Shown: positions 41,667 to 52,579, counted from the first letter of the stretch. The stretch: 64,000 nt of DNA from Candidatus Saccharimonadales bacterium (GCA_035480635.1 DATIHN010000016.1:562-64561); one strand, 5' to 3'. The notes: generated from the sequence alone by a model not told the origin. A program made the numbers and translations.

Positions 41667-42176
41667 ATGCCGGAACTGCTTCTGAAACGCTTTGATGTCG
41701 AAGTTCAACCGTTGGCAGATGCTGATCGCATCAACGAACTGACTACGCTAGTCGCAGAACTAGCCCTGGAAGGCCATATCACCTTTGTCCAACGAGAACT
41801 CAACTACAAAGATTTTGTAGAGATCGAAGATCTGATCAACTTCCTAAACGACAGTGAGCCGGAGCGTAGTGATCTCGCCAAAGTAAAATCAGCACGAGCG
41901 GTTTTTGAGAACTTGGTTCAAAAACTGAGGAGACGCCTGGTATTGATCTGCCGCGAATGCCTTCTCCCCCACGGTAAGTGTCGTTGCGGTCACTACGGTA
42001 GGGTGTATGGCGGTGAATGGCTTCATTACTCCCAAAGAGTCGACCACTGGCTAATCGCAAAACCAAGGCTGATGGATTTGAGCGAAGACGACCTCAAGCG
42101 TCTGCACCCATCTACCCGGGCCCGACTGCAGCGATACATCCAATTTCTGCAAAGTTCCAATGAGCTCCGTTGTTAG
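41667..42176 (+). CDS. Hypothetical protein with a Cys cluster (CREC ... CRCGH).
   Basis: GTGAGGTG RBS before the ATG; 169 aa. Confidence 0.45.
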   Translation: MPELLLKRFDVEVQPLADADRINELTTLVAELALEGHITFVQRELNYKDFVEIEDLINFLNDSEPERSDLAKVKSARAVFENLVQKLRRRLVLICRECLLPHGKCRCGHYGRVYGGEWLHYSQRVDHWLIAKPRLMDLSEDDLKRLHPSTRARLQRYIQFLQSSNELRC

Positions 42177-42191
42177 ACGGAGCTCGACTTT

Positions 42192-42545
42192 TTATTCTGG
42201 TAAGACGCAAAACTCGTTTTCGAAAGGGTCGCTCAAAACGGCAAATTGGAAACCGGCTTTTGGTAGCGGTCGAATGACTTTGGCGCCTAGCTTAACCAAG
42301 CGTTCCACCTCCTCCGTCGGATTGGTTGCCACCAAATCAAGGTGCATGCGGGTTTTGGCCGTCTTGGGTTCAGGCACCAATTGCAAAAATATACCCACCG
42401 AGCTGTCGGGTACAACCAATCGCTGGAAGGTGTCGGACTGGCCTTCGGGTGTTGCACCTAACGCCTGGCTCCAGAACTTGACTGCCGTCGGCATGTCGTT
42501 GACGTCAATCGTAATGTATCTGAGTCGACTTTGGCGAGCCATCAC
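42192..42545 (-). CDS. VOC/glyoxalase-like domain protein.
   Basis: About 117 aa with a glyoxalase-like beta-alpha-beta pattern. Its start overlaps the stop of the upstream peptide (GTGATG). Confidence 0.5.
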   Translation of the reverse strand: MMARQSRLRYITIDVNDMPTAVKFWSQALGATPEGQSDTFQRLVVPDSSVGIFLQLVPEPKTAKTRMHLDLVATNPTEEVERLVKLGAKVIRPLPKAGFQFAVLSDPFENEFCVLPE

Positions 42546-42661
42546 TTGACCTTCCTGGCCAACGCAAAGACGCTTTTGCCACTGACTTTCATGCGAGTTT
42601 GGCGTTTTTTATCCCGAGTGTTCGCCCGACGCAGGGCTTTTTCGAGTTGTTTGCGACTCAT
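42542..42661 (-). CDS. 39-aa highly basic peptide, translationally coupled to uvrC.
   Basis: MSRKQLEKALRRANTRDKKRQTRMKVSGKSVFALARKVK. Its ATG overlaps the uvrC TAA (TAATG), and its TGA overlaps the next gene's GTG. Confidence 0.3.
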   Translation of the reverse strand: MSRKQLEKALRRANTRDKKRQTRMKVSGKSVFALARKVK

Positions 42662-44220
42662 TATCCCACCCTCTCTTTGATTAATTTGGCCTTGGAACTG
42701 CCAACGGTGGCCGCTAGCTCATCGACGCTAGCCAGTTTAACCCCGCGCAGGCTACCAAATTGTTTGATTAGCCGTTTGCGGGTGGCGGGTCCTACGCCGG
42801 GAATATCATCAAGCTGCGATTTGGTTTGACGCTGACCGCGCAGCAGGGCATGGTAAGTGACGGCGAACCGATGGGCCTCATCGCGGACCCGCTGCAGTAA
42901 TTGTAAAACATGCGAGTCTTTGGGTAGCAAAATGGTTTCGAATTTTCCCGTATTGTCATTCTCAATAGAAAGGCTTCGATTCACCGAAGACGCTTCTGAT
43001 TGAGAATCTCTGAGATTAAGAGATCCCCGATCCGGAGCGCCCACATCATGCGGCTTTCCGGTCGAGGATGACATCTTAGAAGCCCCGCCAACGTAGCGAA
43101 TGATTTCTTCCTCGCGTTTGGCTAAACCGATCGCTGGTATCGAAATCCCCAACTCCCCCATCACCGCTAGAGCACTGGATAGCTGGCCCTTGCCACCATC
43201 AATCAAAATTAAATCTGGCTTGGCCCAATCGACTAGTGGCTTGCCACTAAAACGCCGCTGAATAACTTCACGCATGTGAGCAAAATCATCATTTCCAACC
43301 AAACGCATTTTGAAGCGCCGATATTCGTCCTGGTTGGGCACACCGTCGGTAAATACGATCATGCTAGCCACATTGTCGCTACCCTGCATGTGACTGATGT
43401 CGTAGGCCTCGATCCGGCGGGGTGCGCTGGGCAAACCCAAGCGCTCGGCCAAGCCAACCAGAGCCTGATCGCGGCTCAAATCAAAGGCTTCATTGTCGCC
43501 AAAGATCATTTGCTTGGCCAAGGCCCGCAGGTCACGTAACTGATCGCGAGCTCGGCCAGCGGCTTCAAAATCGCGTTTTTTGGCCGCCCGCTGCATGTCT
43601 TTTTCTAACTGCTGCATCAATTTATCTTGCTGGCCACTCAAATACAGCACCAGGTTGCGGATGTTACGACGTTTGTAAGTAGCTGAATCAATGGCGCCTT
43701 CTTCCGGATTCGGGCAAAGACCCAAATGGGCTTGCAGGCAAGCCCTGGGCGGCAAGGTTTCGTGGGTAACATATGGGAAGATTTTGCGCAGCATCTTCAT
43801 AGCCCGCCGCACTGCATCGCTTGAAGTAAACGGCCCAAAATAGGCACTTTTATCGTCCATCGGCCGGCGAACGTAGCTAACAACTGGAAACTTAGCTTGG
43901 CTAGTGATTTTCAAATAAATCCAGTGTTTGTCGTCTTTGAGGTCGATGTTATATTTCGGTCGGTAGCGTTTGATGAATTCGGATTCCAAGAATAAGGCTT
44001 CAACTTCGGATTCGACCGTAATCCAATCTAGATCGTGAATATCAGCCACCAGCAAAGTCGTTTTGGGGTCTTTGGCGGTTTTTTGGAAATACGAACCAAC
44101 TCGGTTCTTGAGCACCGCGGCTTTGCCGATGTAAATAATTTTACCGTCGCTATCTTTAAAAAAGTAAACGCCCGGTTGAGTCGGCAAGTTCTTCAGTTTT
44201 GTTTCCAGTTTGATGGCCAT
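42661..44220 (-). CDS. uvrC: Excinuclease ABC subunit C.
   Basis: GIY-YIG motif (GVYFFKDSDGKIIYIGKA), a UvrBC-interaction region, and RNase H-like and HhH domains. Confidence 0.85.
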   Translation of the reverse strand: MAIKLETKLKNLPTQPGVYFFKDSDGKIIYIGKAAVLKNRVGSYFQKTAKDPKTTLLVADIHDLDWITVESEVEALFLESEFIKRYRPKYNIDLKDDKHWIYLKITSQAKFPVVSYVRRPMDDKSAYFGPFTSSDAVRRAMKMLRKIFPYVTHETLPPRACLQAHLGLCPNPEEGAIDSATYKRRNIRNLVLYLSGQQDKLMQQLEKDMQRAAKKRDFEAAGRARDQLRDLRALAKQMIFGDNEAFDLSRDQALVGLAERLGLPSAPRRIEAYDISHMQGSDNVASMIVFTDGVPNQDEYRRFKMRLVGNDDFAHMREVIQRRFSGKPLVDWAKPDLILIDGGKGQLSSALAVMGELGISIPAIGLAKREEEIIRYVGGASKMSSSTGKPHDVGAPDRGSLNLRDSQSEASSVNRSLSIENDNTGKFETILLPKDSHVLQLLQRVRDEAHRFAVTYHALLRGQRQTKSQLDDIPGVGPATRKRLIKQFGSLRGVKLASVDELAATVGSSKAKLIKERVG

Positions 44221-44297
44221 GGGACTATTATAACGAAATATTTGACTTTAAACCCTAAAAGTTATACTTTTAGCCCAGTTCGTTTGAGGGGAGAACG

Positions 44298-44516
44298 ATG
44301 GACCCTGACAAAGTTTCAAAATCCGAGAAGATTCGAATGGCGATTGCCGTAACTATTGCCCTTGGAGCCGCCATCTGCGCTGTGATCATTGCCAATCGCC
44401 CGCTCGGCGAGACTCTAACCGCAATTGGGACTGGTGTCGCATTGGTAGCGCTCGGGACTGGGCTCTACCTTTGGTCGTATCGGCGGGCCGAACGTGAGGA
44501 GATCGAAAATGGGTGA
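44298..44516 (+). CDS. Small membrane protein (72 aa).
   Basis: GGGGAG RBS and two TM helices. Confidence 0.45.
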   Translation: MDPDKVSKSEKIRMAIAVTIALGAAICAVIIANRPLGETLTAIGTGVALVALGTGLYLWSYRRAEREEIENG

Positions 44517-44802
44517 GATGATCAGTGACACCTCGACGGAAGAATCCGAATTCACCCCCAGTGATGCGTGGAAAACTGTTCTGTTTACGGCTCTCGTTCT
44601 TGGTTTCGCCGGACTGGTATCACTAGCCCTCTCGCACCTGTCCTACATCCAAGACCACCTACTGGGGACAGTGGCACTGTCTTGCGCGTTGCTGCTCATT
44701 GTCGGAACCTTCATCTGTGGCATGAGTCCGGATCCACATCGGCCCAGGGCTGCAGACGAAACGGTAATCGACCTCGATCATGAGGCTGAGGAACCAGGAT
44801 GA
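44509..44802 (+). CDS. Small membrane protein (about 97 aa).
   Basis: GAGGAG RBS. Its ATG overlaps the previous stop (ATGGGTGA). Confidence 0.45.
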   Translation: MGEMISDTSTEESEFTPSDAWKTVLFTALVLGFAGLVSLALSHLSYIQDHLLGTVALSCALLLIVGTFICGMSPDPHRPRAADETVIDLDHEAEEPG

Positions 44803-45023
44803 ACCACCGAGGCAAAGTGGTGCGAAATTTACTGTTGCTAACAGCCACTGGACTGTTCTTGCTGTTCATCTTCGTTGCGATAGCGCTACTCGACTGGTGG
44901 GTGGTGGGGTTCTACAACGGGCCAACCACCAATAGCCAGTGGATCCTGGTGATCCTGGTGGTGATTAACTCCGTGGTCGTTGGCGGCGTAGCTGCATTGG
45001 TAGCCGATCGGAAGCAGACTTGA
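44799..45023 (+). CDS. Small membrane protein (74 aa).
   Basis: ATGA overlap with the previous gene, and two TM helices. Confidence 0.45.
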   Translation: MNHRGKVVRNLLLLTATGLFLLFIFVAIALLDWWVVGFYNGPTTNSQWILVILVVINSVVVGGVAALVADRKQT

Positions 45024-45038
45024 TCGCGTCCGTAAATG

Positions 45039-45075
45039 GCGGTACTGAACATTCGTTCGGTACCGCTTTTTCATT
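45039..45075 (+). terminator. Rho-independent terminator.
   Basis: 12-bp stem GCGGTACTGAAC/GTTCGGTACCGC (one G-U pair) followed by TTTTTCATTCTTCT. Confidence 0.7.
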
Positions 45076-45111
45076 CTTCTCCCACCCGCTGGCAGGCATT
45101 CTAATCTCTCT

Positions 45112-45194
45112 CCCCACCAATTTTTTGTGTAAGCTCTCATCTCTTACCCCTGTAATACTTTCTATTGCTGTCGATACAAAAAAATTGGTGGGGT
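45112..45194 (+). repeat. 17-bp perfect inverted repeat (CCCCACCAATTTTTTGT) flanking 47 bp.
   Basis: Arm 1 at 45112..45128 and arm 2 (ACAAAAAAATTGGTGGGG) at about 45176..45194. It could be a MITE-like or IS-end pair, or a long RNA hairpin. Confidence 0.6.
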
Positions 45195-45394
45195 AGCTTT
45201 CTTTTCTAGATCATCTAGAGCAGATTGCTCAGTCTATATCTCCCCTTACTTAGTCCTTCGCAATCTGCTGCATGGAAAAAGATAATGGTCGTTCGAGCCG
45301 AAAGACTGTTCGTCCGCTAAACGAGCGACGATAACTCGCGAGTCAGTCTTAAGGCCGAACGACAAAGACGCAGAGCAGAGAGTCTGGGAGGAAG

Positions 45395-45477
45395 ATGGGG
45401 TTGGAGCGGATGATTGGGGATGGGATATTTGCTCGGAGTGACAAAATCATCTCAAATCTGTTATGCTTCTAATATGA
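45395..45477 (+). CDS. Putative leader peptide (uORF, 26-27 aa).
   Basis: GGGAGG RBS 3 nt before the ATG. Its TGA overlaps the ATG of the main ORF (ATGA). Confidence 0.3.
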
Positions 45478-46793
45478 CCTGTCCAGTGTGTGAGCATCAG
45501 CTGGTTAAGTCCAAAGCTGGTTATTTGTGTTTAAATTGCGGCTACGCTGGCCCGGGCAAGCGTAGTGCTAAATCGCCGACGGTTGCCAGAGTAGCTTCAC
45601 CACCAGAACAAACCAAGACGGCCAGCCCGGCGCCACAGCTCTCTAGTCAACCGGTTGCCGAGACACCTCCTAGCCCACCGGCTCCACCAAAAAATCCGCG
45701 GCCAGTCAAAACTATCACCGTTGTTGCCGTGATTGTTTTAGTGCTGGGTATTCTGCTGGCGGCCTACATTTTGCCGGCTCGGGCGGCTGGCCGCAACTTC
45801 CAAACTAAGGTAGCGGCGGCTAATTCGTTTAACCTGGCTGGCAACCTCAGCTTGCACGGTTCGGCTTTTTTGGAAGTCGTAAATAGTAATCTGGACTTTA
45901 ATGGTGTTTATGCCAAAAAAGGCACTAGCGACCAGCTCAATTTTGATGGCCAGTTCGGTAACCGCAACTACCAAGGAACCATGGTGGCCAAGGGTGGTAA
46001 CCTTTATACCAAACTAAGTGGTAACGACTTACCCTTTATCCGCTATAACCAGGGCGCCTATACTTACCGATTACAGTCCAACCAGTACTACCAAACCAAA
46101 CTCGATACCAGTCTGTACAAGTACTATTGCGAAACTCGACCAGACTCAAAATATCCGTCTGCCCTAGTTTGGTACCAGGCCATCCGCCAAATCCAACTGC
46201 ATTATTCGCCGTTGATACTTTATGGCCAAAAAGCCGATGGTCATACTACAACTCATCTGCGCGGCAGCGTCGATAGCCATAGTTTAGCGGCCGCTTGGGA
46301 AAACATTAATAGTTCCCTGCCGCAGGGCTGCGATATAGATTTGTTAGTCAGTAATTTGAATCAGCTAAATGTAACCTATGATCTCTGGACCAGCACCAGT
46401 TACGATAAATTGATACTCCACCTAAATAGCAAGGATCTGGGTTTAAGCGGCACTCTGACTCTAAAATTTGATCAATATAATGCGGCCACTGAGCCCTCAC
46501 TGCCGACAGGTGCGAGCAATTTAGGTGATATTTTTGCTGCTAGAGCCGGCATTCAGACCCGAGATTACCAGCGCCGCAGTGACGTTGATGCCATTAGTGC
46601 CGCGCTCAAGAAGTACTTCTTGGCCAACAAAACTCTACCCAGTAGTCTGGCCAAGTTAGCGCCCAAGTATTTGACTAGCGTGCCCAAAGATCCGAATGGT
46701 AGTGATTATCACTACACGGTTGTTCGTAAAACCTACACTGTTTCGACCACGCTGGAAGATACGGGTGCCACCTATGCTGCCAGCGGCCCCTAG
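45474..46793 (+). CDS. Membrane-anchored protein with an N-terminal zinc ribbon, Pro-rich linker, TM helix and C-terminal pseudopilin-like segment.
   Basis: MTCPVCEH ... CLNCGYAG. The C-terminus ISAALKKYFLANKTLPSSLAKLAPKYLTSVPKDPNGSDYHY resembles GspG/type IV pilin tails. The ORF track extends to a TTG at 45414. Confidence 0.55.
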   Translation: MTCPVCEHQLVKSKAGYLCLNCGYAGPGKRSAKSPTVARVASPPEQTKTASPAPQLSSQPVAETPPSPPAPPKNPRPVKTITVVAVIVLVLGILLAAYILPARAAGRNFQTKVAAANSFNLAGNLSLHGSAFLEVVNSNLDFNGVYAKKGTSDQLNFDGQFGNRNYQGTMVAKGGNLYTKLSGNDLPFIRYNQGAYTYRLQSNQYYQTKLDTSLYKYYCETRPDSKYPSALVWYQAIRQIQLHYSPLILYGQKADGHTTTHLRGSVDSHSLAAAWENINSSLPQGCDIDLLVSNLNQLNVTYDLWTSTSYDKLILHLNSKDLGLSGTLTLKFDQYNAATEPSLPTGASNLGDIFAARAGIQTRDYQRRSDVDAISAALKKYFLANKTLPSSLAKLAPKYLTSVPKDPNGSDYHYTVVRKTYTVSTTLEDTGATYAASGP

Positions 46794-49664
46794 TTATTTT
46801 AAACTGACTTCGGCCTTAGGTTTGGCTTGAGTCTTTGGAACAGCTTTCTTAGCCAAGACCCGCTTTAAATAGCGCCCGGTGTGAGACTTTTCGACACCGG
46901 CGATTTTCTCAGGTGTACCAGTGGCCACGACCAACCCACCAGCGGTTCCGCCTTCGGGACCTAGATCGATCACCCAATCGGAGCTTTTAATTACATCTAG
47001 GTTATGCTCGATCACCAAAACCGAATTACCCATTTCGACTAGAGCCTCGAGCACCCCTAATAAACGTTTGACGTCATCAAAGTGCAGGCCGGTGGTTGGC
47101 TCATCCAAAATATAGAGTGTCCGGCCGGTGCTGCGGCGAGCCAGCTCGGTGGCTAGTTTGATGCGCTGAGCCTCTCCACCGCTAAAAGTGGTAGCAGCTT
47201 GACCCAAGTGAATATAGCCCAAACCAACATTATTAAGGGTTTCGAATTTGCGCCGTACCGAGGGAATGTTTTCAAAAAACTCCACGGCTTCTTCGACCGT
47301 CATATCCAAGACCTCGGAAATGTTTTTGCCCTTGTAGTGAATCTCCAAGGCCTCGCGGTTGTAACGCTTGCCCTTACATTCTTCGCAAGTCACGTAGACA
47401 TCGGGCAAAAAGTGCATTTCAATTTTCAAAATGCCATCACCCCGGCAAACTTCGCAGCGGCCACCCTTAACATTAAAGCTGAAGCGTCCAGCCTTGTAAC
47501 CGCGGATTTTGGCTTCTGGTGTGGCTGCAAAAAGATCCCGAATGTCAGTAAACACACCAGTATAGGTGGCTGGGTTGCTGCGGGGCGTGCGGCCAATTGG
47601 TGATTGATCAACACTAATAACTTTATCCAGAGCACTCAGCCCCACAATGTCATCATGCTGACCGGGGACATCGCCAGCTCGATGGAAAACTTGAGACAAT
47701 TTCTTGGCTAAGATGTCATTTATCAGGCTGGACTTACCCGAACCCGATACACCAGTAACAGTCACGAATCGACCTAGCGGAATTTCCACATCAATGTTCT
47801 GTAAGTTGTGTTCGCGAGCGTTTTTGATAACTAGACTTTTGCCATTACCACTGCGCCGCTTCAAAGGCACCGGCAGACTAAGCTCACCAGTTAGATATTT
47901 GGCCGTCAAACTCTCTTTGTGTCTATGTAGTTTGTCGGGAGTATCCGCGGCCACCACTCGCCCACCATGCTCACCTGCTAGCGGACCAATATCAATTACG
48001 TAATCGCTAGCCCGGATGGTGTCCTCATCATGTTCAACGACGATAACGGTATTACCTAAATCGCGCAAGCGGGTCAGGGTCGAAATTAGTCGATCATTAT
48101 CACGTTGATGCAAGCCAATCGAAGGTTCATCCAAAATATAGAGCACGCCCATCAAACTAGAGCCGATTTGGGTGGCTAGGCGGATGCGTTGAGCCTCACC
48201 ACCAGCCAAAGTGTTGGCACTACGATCAAGCGTTAGGTAAGACAGCCCAACATCTTGGAGAAATTGCAGCCGCTCTCGAACTTCCTTTAAAATCTGGCGG
48301 GCAATTTCGGCTTCGCGAGGCGCTAACTTTAGAGCCGCGAAGAAGTCGGCGGCTTCATCAATTGATAAAGTTGTTATATCGACGATCGATTTATCCATAA
48401 CGGTAACGGCTAACATTTCCGGCTTCAAGCGGCGGCCAAGGCAGACCGGACATTCGCGCTCAGCCATATACTTTTCAATTTCGCGCTTCACAAAGTCTGA
48501 ATCAGTTTCGTGATAGCGGCGCTCTAAGTTCGGTATCACCCCCTCGTAAGTGGTGTGGTAGGTGCGACCACCGGGGCCACGGACGCTAATGGGTTGATCG
48601 CTGGCGCCGTAGAGTATCAGTTTGAGGTCGGCCGGCTTCATGTCGCTAATCGGCACATCGATCGAAAAACGGTTGGCTTTGGCAACTGATTCCAATAATT
48701 TCGAATACCAACTCAGGCGAGCAGTGGTTCTGGCCCAGGGCCGGATCGAACCCTCGGCAATCGACAGCCGCCGGTTGGGAATAATTAGTTCCGGATCTAC
48801 CTCCAAGCGATGGCCTAGTCCAGTACAATGCGGGCAGGCGCCATGGGGTGAATTGAAAGAAAAGTTACGCGGAGCGATTTCCGGCAGGCTAACTTCGGGG
48901 TGGAGTTCGCAGGCGTAATGCTCACTAAAGGTGTGCTCGGAGCCGCTATCTACTTCCAGCACCTTGGCCACGCCTTCACCCAGCGCTAAAGCCTGTTCGA
49001 CTGATTCGGTTAGGCGTTGCCGGATCTCAACATCCACACTCAAACGATCGACCACCGCTTCAACTGTGTGTTTGCGTTGCTTATCTAGATCCGGAAATTC
49101 ATTAACGTCATAAATGGTGCCGTCAACCCGCACCCTCGAATAACCGGCTTTACGCAGATTAATGGCGACATGGCGATGTTCGCCTTTTTTATCATCGATA
49201 ATGGGAGCCAAAATCATAATCCGGCTATCGGCTGGCAGCGCTAAAACTTGATCAACAATCTGGCCGGAGGTTTGGCGCGTAACTTCGCGACCGCAGATCG
49301 GACAATGAGGTGTGCCGATGCGAGCAAACAGCAGTCGCAAATAGTCGTAAATTTCAGTCACGGTGCCAACGGTTGAGCGTGGATTTCGGGAGCTTGATTT
49401 TTGATCGATTGAAATGGCCGGGCTCAAACCCTCGATTTGATCAACATCGGGTTTTTCCATCAGACCAAGAAACTGGCGGGCGTAGGCGCTCAGTGATTCA
49501 ACGTAACGGCGTTGGCCCTCGGCATAAATAGTATCGAAAGCTAGCGATGATTTACCAGAACCAGACAGCCCAGTGATTACAACTAATTTATCGCGTGGGA
49601 TTTCGACATTAATGTTCTTGAGATTGTGTTCCCTGGCCCCACGCACGATGATGCGGTCTTGCAT
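46794..49664 (-). CDS. uvrA: Excinuclease ABC subunit A.
   Basis: Two ABC modules ([20 protein letters not shown]), zinc fingers; 956 aa. Confidence 0.95.
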   Translation of the reverse strand: MQDRIIVRGAREHNLKNINVEIPRDKLVVITGLSGSGKSSLAFDTIYAEGQRRYVESLSAYARQFLGLMEKPDVDQIEGLSPAISIDQKSSSRNPRSTVGTVTEIYDYLRLLFARIGTPHCPICGREVTRQTSGQIVDQVLALPADSRIMILAPIIDDKKGEHRHVAINLRKAGYSRVRVDGTIYDVNEFPDLDKQRKHTVEAVVDRLSVDVEIRQRLTESVEQALALGEGVAKVLEVDSGSEHTFSEHYACELHPEVSLPEIAPRNFSFNSPHGACPHCTGLGHRLEVDPELIIPNRRLSIAEGSIRPWARTTARLSWYSKLLESVAKANRFSIDVPISDMKPADLKLILYGASDQPISVRGPGGRTYHTTYEGVIPNLERRYHETDSDFVKREIEKYMAERECPVCLGRRLKPEMLAVTVMDKSIVDITTLSIDEAADFFAALKLAPREAEIARQILKEVRERLQFLQDVGLSYLTLDRSANTLAGGEAQRIRLATQIGSSLMGVLYILDEPSIGLHQRDNDRLISTLTRLRDLGNTVIVVEHDEDTIRASDYVIDIGPLAGEHGGRVVAADTPDKLHRHKESLTAKYLTGELSLPVPLKRRSGNGKSLVIKNAREHNLQNIDVEIPLGRFVTVTGVSGSGKSSLINDILAKKLSQVFHRAGDVPGQHDDIVGLSALDKVISVDQSPIGRTPRSNPATYTGVFTDIRDLFAATPEAKIRGYKAGRFSFNVKGGRCEVCRGDGILKIEMHFLPDVYVTCEECKGKRYNREALEIHYKGKNISEVLDMTVEEAVEFFENIPSVRRKFETLNNVGLGYIHLGQAATTFSGGEAQRIKLATELARRSTGRTLYILDEPTTGLHFDDVKRLLGVLEALVEMGNSVLVIEHNLDVIKSSDWVIDLGPEGGTAGGLVVATGTPEKIAGVEKSHTGRYLKRVLAKKAVPKTQAKPKAEVSLK

Positions 49665-49815
49665 ATAATGACCCCACTAAAAGTACAGAGGTAGAGTATA
49701 CGCCCACTGGCGACAATTATCAAGAAGCTAAGGGATGATTAGTGTCGTGGTGTTAAAACGATCAGGACCTTGGCAGTATTGCTACCGCCGAGGTCCAATG
49801 GGTTGCATGTTCGCT

Positions 49816-49983
49816 TCACTTGCCGACTCTGGTGTTACGGCGCTGGCGTTTGAATTGGCGGCGGAAGTACCACCGGCGAAAGGCTGGTCGGTCGCTCAGG
49901 TACATTACAAGGCCGAACAGGACGACCAACAAGATCATCACAAGACCCAGCCAGCTTTCTAGCTGGCGCCAGAATTCACTCAT
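49816..49983 (-). CDS. Small membrane peptide (55 aa).
   Basis: MSEFWRQLESWLGLVMILLVVLFGLVMYL ... Its ATG overlaps the upstream stop (ATGA). Confidence 0.35.
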   Translation of the reverse strand: MSEFWRQLESWLGLVMILLVVLFGLVMYLSDRPAFRRWYFRRQFKRQRRNTRVGK

Positions 49984-50234
49984 GAATCATCCTTTGCTCT
50001 TGTGACGTCTTGTACCAGCTGGTCGCCGTTACGCCAAGCCTTGGACAAGCCTCGCCCGATCGCTCGAAGCAGTCGGTGGCGGCGTTTGGGTTGGTCCACG
50101 AATGGCCCAATGTAGTGGCCCTCGTCTTGGAAAAAATAGGGAAGTTTCGGGTCGCCGGCGTGCATTATTTGACCCCCACACTGGCAGCCTGGGAGGCCTT
50201 GAGCTCGGCAAAAAGCCCAGCCATTATCACACAC
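49980..50234 (-). CDS. Small Cys-containing hypothetical protein (84 aa).
   Basis: GC-rich patch between uvrA and uvrB, coupled to the downstream 55-aa ORF. The start codon is uncertain. Confidence 0.3.
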   Translation of the reverse strand: MCDNGWAFCRAQGLPGCQCGGQIMHAGDPKLPYFFQDEGHYIGPFVDQPKRRHRLLRAIGRGLSKAWRNGDQLVQDVTRAKDDS

Positions 50235-50346
50235 CCAGCCAAAATGGCAGAGGCAACTTTACTGACCAACTGCACAATTGAACCTCCGATAGAGAATCGA
50301 ACCAAACTATTCTACGATATCCGAGAACTTTTGTCCATAAAAGAAG

Positions 50347-52326
50347 TTACCGTTTTGGTTTGAGACTTTCGTTGATCTCGGCGATTTGATCCCGCAAGCT
50401 AGCGGCTTTTTCGAACTGGAGGTTTTGAGACGCTAGTTCCATTTGGTCGGTCAATTGTTTGACTAAAAACTTACGCTCATCCCGCGGGATGGCCTTGAAA
50501 TCAATCCGGCGAACTTCTTCTTCACTTTTTTCTTCGGTCTTGTTCATCCGATCCCGCAGGGCTTTAGTGATACCCTCGGGTGTAATATTATGTTCACGAT
50601 TATAATCCGTTTGAATCTGGCGTCGGCGATCAGTCACCTCAATGGCCCGCCGCATCGAATCGGTGGTGGTATCGGCATACATAATCACGCGGCCATCAAT
50701 GTGGCGGGCGGCCCGGCCGATGGTTTGGATGAGAGCCCGCTCGTTACGCAAAAAACCTTCTTTATCGGCATCCAAAATGGCGACTAGACTGACTTCCGGC
50801 AAATCCAAGCCCTCGCGGAGCAGATTGATCCCCACTACCACATCGTAAACCCCCAGCCGCAGATCGTGCAGAATGTCCGTACGTTCAAGGGTGTGGACTT
50901 CGGAATGCAAATATTGGACTTTGATGCCAAGTTCTTTTAAATAATCAGTTAAATCCTCGGCCATGCGTTTGGTCAGAGTAGTCACAAGCACTCGCTGGCT
51001 TTTAGCGGTAGTGGCTCGAATTTCGGCGATCAAATCATCAATTTGGCCGGCAATCGGTCGGACCTCAATCGGTGGGTCCAGGAGTCCGGTTGGCCGAATA
51101 ACTTGTTCCACGACTTGTTTTGACCTGCTTATTTCGTGATCCGCTGGTGTGGCCGAAACGTAGATAATTTGATTAATGTGCTGATCAAATTCGGCAAACT
51201 GGAGGGGGCGATTATCGAGGGCACTGGGCAAGCGAAAGCCGTATTCGACTAAAGTTTCTTTACGAGCCCGATCGCCGTTATACATGCCACGAACTTGAGG
51301 TATGGTCATATGGCTCTCATCCACAAACAGCAGGAAGTCGTCGGGAAAGTAATCAAGCAGTGTGGCTGGCTGTTCGCCGGGCTCGCGGTTACTCAGATAA
51401 CGCGAGTAATTCTCAATGCCAGAAACAAAGCCAGTCTGCTCCAGCATTTCCATGTCATAATTGGTCCTCTGCTCCAGCCGCTGGGCCTCCAATAGTTTGC
51501 CAGCCGCCCGCAACTGCTTCAATCTTTCGGCCAGCTCGGCTTTGATTCTAACCACGGCCGATTTTAACTTTTCGGCTGGAGTAACATAATGGCTCCCTGG
51601 GAAAATCTTTAGGCTATCGGGTTGGGCTAAAACCTCACCAGTCAGAGGATCAACCTGTTTAATGTGCTCGAGCTCATCGCCAAAGAACTCCAGGCGGTAG
51701 GCCGTTTCTTCGCCAATTGGATAGACCTCGATAGTATCGCCCCTTACTCGAAAACGTCCGCGAGTGAAGTCGAGATCGTTGCGATCATATTGAATGTCGG
51801 TTAAGCGGCGCAGTAATTTATCACGCAACTGCCGCTGGCCGGTTTTTAATTCCAAGGTCATGGCGGTGTAATCTTCAACGTCACCTAGTCCATAGATACA
51901 GCTCACACTCGCCACAATCAGCACATCGCGGCGCGTTAAGAGCGACATAGTGGCGGCATGCCGCAGGCGTTCGATTTCTTCGTTGATCGAGGAATCTTTT
52001 TCGATGTAGGTGTCGCTGCGAGGAATATAGGCCTCGGGCTGATAATAATCATAGTAGCTGACAAAGTACTGCACAGCGTTCTCGGGGAAATACTCTTTGA
52101 ACTCACCATACAGTTGGGCAGCCAAGGTTTTGTTATGGGAGAGCACTAAGGTCGGTTTTTGGACGTTTGCCACAATGTTAGCCATAGTGAAAGTCTTGCC
52201 GCTACCGGTTACGCCAAGCAAAGTCTGCTCGCGCAGCTTATCGCCAAGCCCTTGCGTCAGTTTGGCAATCGCTTGTGGCTGATCACCAGTTGGCTTATAT
52301 TCGCTTTTTAGCTTGAAGTCAGCCAT
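50347..52326 (-). CDS. uvrB: Excinuclease ABC subunit B.
   Basis: GVTGSGKT Walker A, helicase motifs, and a C-terminal UVR domain. Confidence 0.95.
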   Translation of the reverse strand: MADFKLKSEYKPTGDQPQAIAKLTQGLGDKLREQTLLGVTGSGKTFTMANIVANVQKPTLVLSHNKTLAAQLYGEFKEYFPENAVQYFVSYYDYYQPEAYIPRSDTYIEKDSSINEEIERLRHAATMSLLTRRDVLIVASVSCIYGLGDVEDYTAMTLELKTGQRQLRDKLLRRLTDIQYDRNDLDFTRGRFRVRGDTIEVYPIGEETAYRLEFFGDELEHIKQVDPLTGEVLAQPDSLKIFPGSHYVTPAEKLKSAVVRIKAELAERLKQLRAAGKLLEAQRLEQRTNYDMEMLEQTGFVSGIENYSRYLSNREPGEQPATLLDYFPDDFLLFVDESHMTIPQVRGMYNGDRARKETLVEYGFRLPSALDNRPLQFAEFDQHINQIIYVSATPADHEISRSKQVVEQVIRPTGLLDPPIEVRPIAGQIDDLIAEIRATTAKSQRVLVTTLTKRMAEDLTDYLKELGIKVQYLHSEVHTLERTDILHDLRLGVYDVVVGINLLREGLDLPEVSLVAILDADKEGFLRNERALIQTIGRAARHIDGRVIMYADTTTDSMRRAIEVTDRRRQIQTDYNREHNITPEGITKALRDRMNKTEEKSEEEVRRIDFKAIPRDERKFLVKQLTDQMELASQNLQFEKAASLRDQIAEINESLKPKR

Positions 52327-52348
52327 CCCCTAAGTATAGCAAGCGAGC

Positions 52349-52579
52349 TTAGTACTGCGTAGTTGGGTTTTGGTAGGAGTTTTGTAGGGTTTTGGCTTTA
52401 TCGATGGCCTTACTGCCTTGTTCCACAGTATTGACCGGCACAACCTGCTCAGTTGTTTCAGGGTGTTTATTGATGTACCTTGACACTATCCAAGCCCCAA
52501 CCGTAATTAAAACTAAGATGACAATAATAATCCCGACGAATCCGGATTCGGTTTTGGGAGGCTTCGCAATAACGCGCAT
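52349..52579 (-). CDS. Small membrane protein (76 aa).
   Basis: One TM helix. Confidence 0.35.
   Translation of the reverse strand: MRVIAKPPKTESGFVGIIIVILVLITVGAWIVSRYINKHPETTEQVVPVNTVEQGSKAIDKAKTLQNSYQNPTTQY

Noticed and set aside
45414-45473. N-terminal extension (TTG start) of the zinc-ribbon/pilin-like protein.
   Set aside because: The ATG at 45474 is coupled to the upstream uORF stop, and MTCPVCEH begins the zinc-ribbon motif. The extension has no RBS.
50010-50363. 117-aa plus-strand ORF between uvrA and uvrB.
   Set aside because: The minus-strand pair shows ATGA translational coupling. The plus frame overlaps the uvrB 3' end and lacks an RBS.
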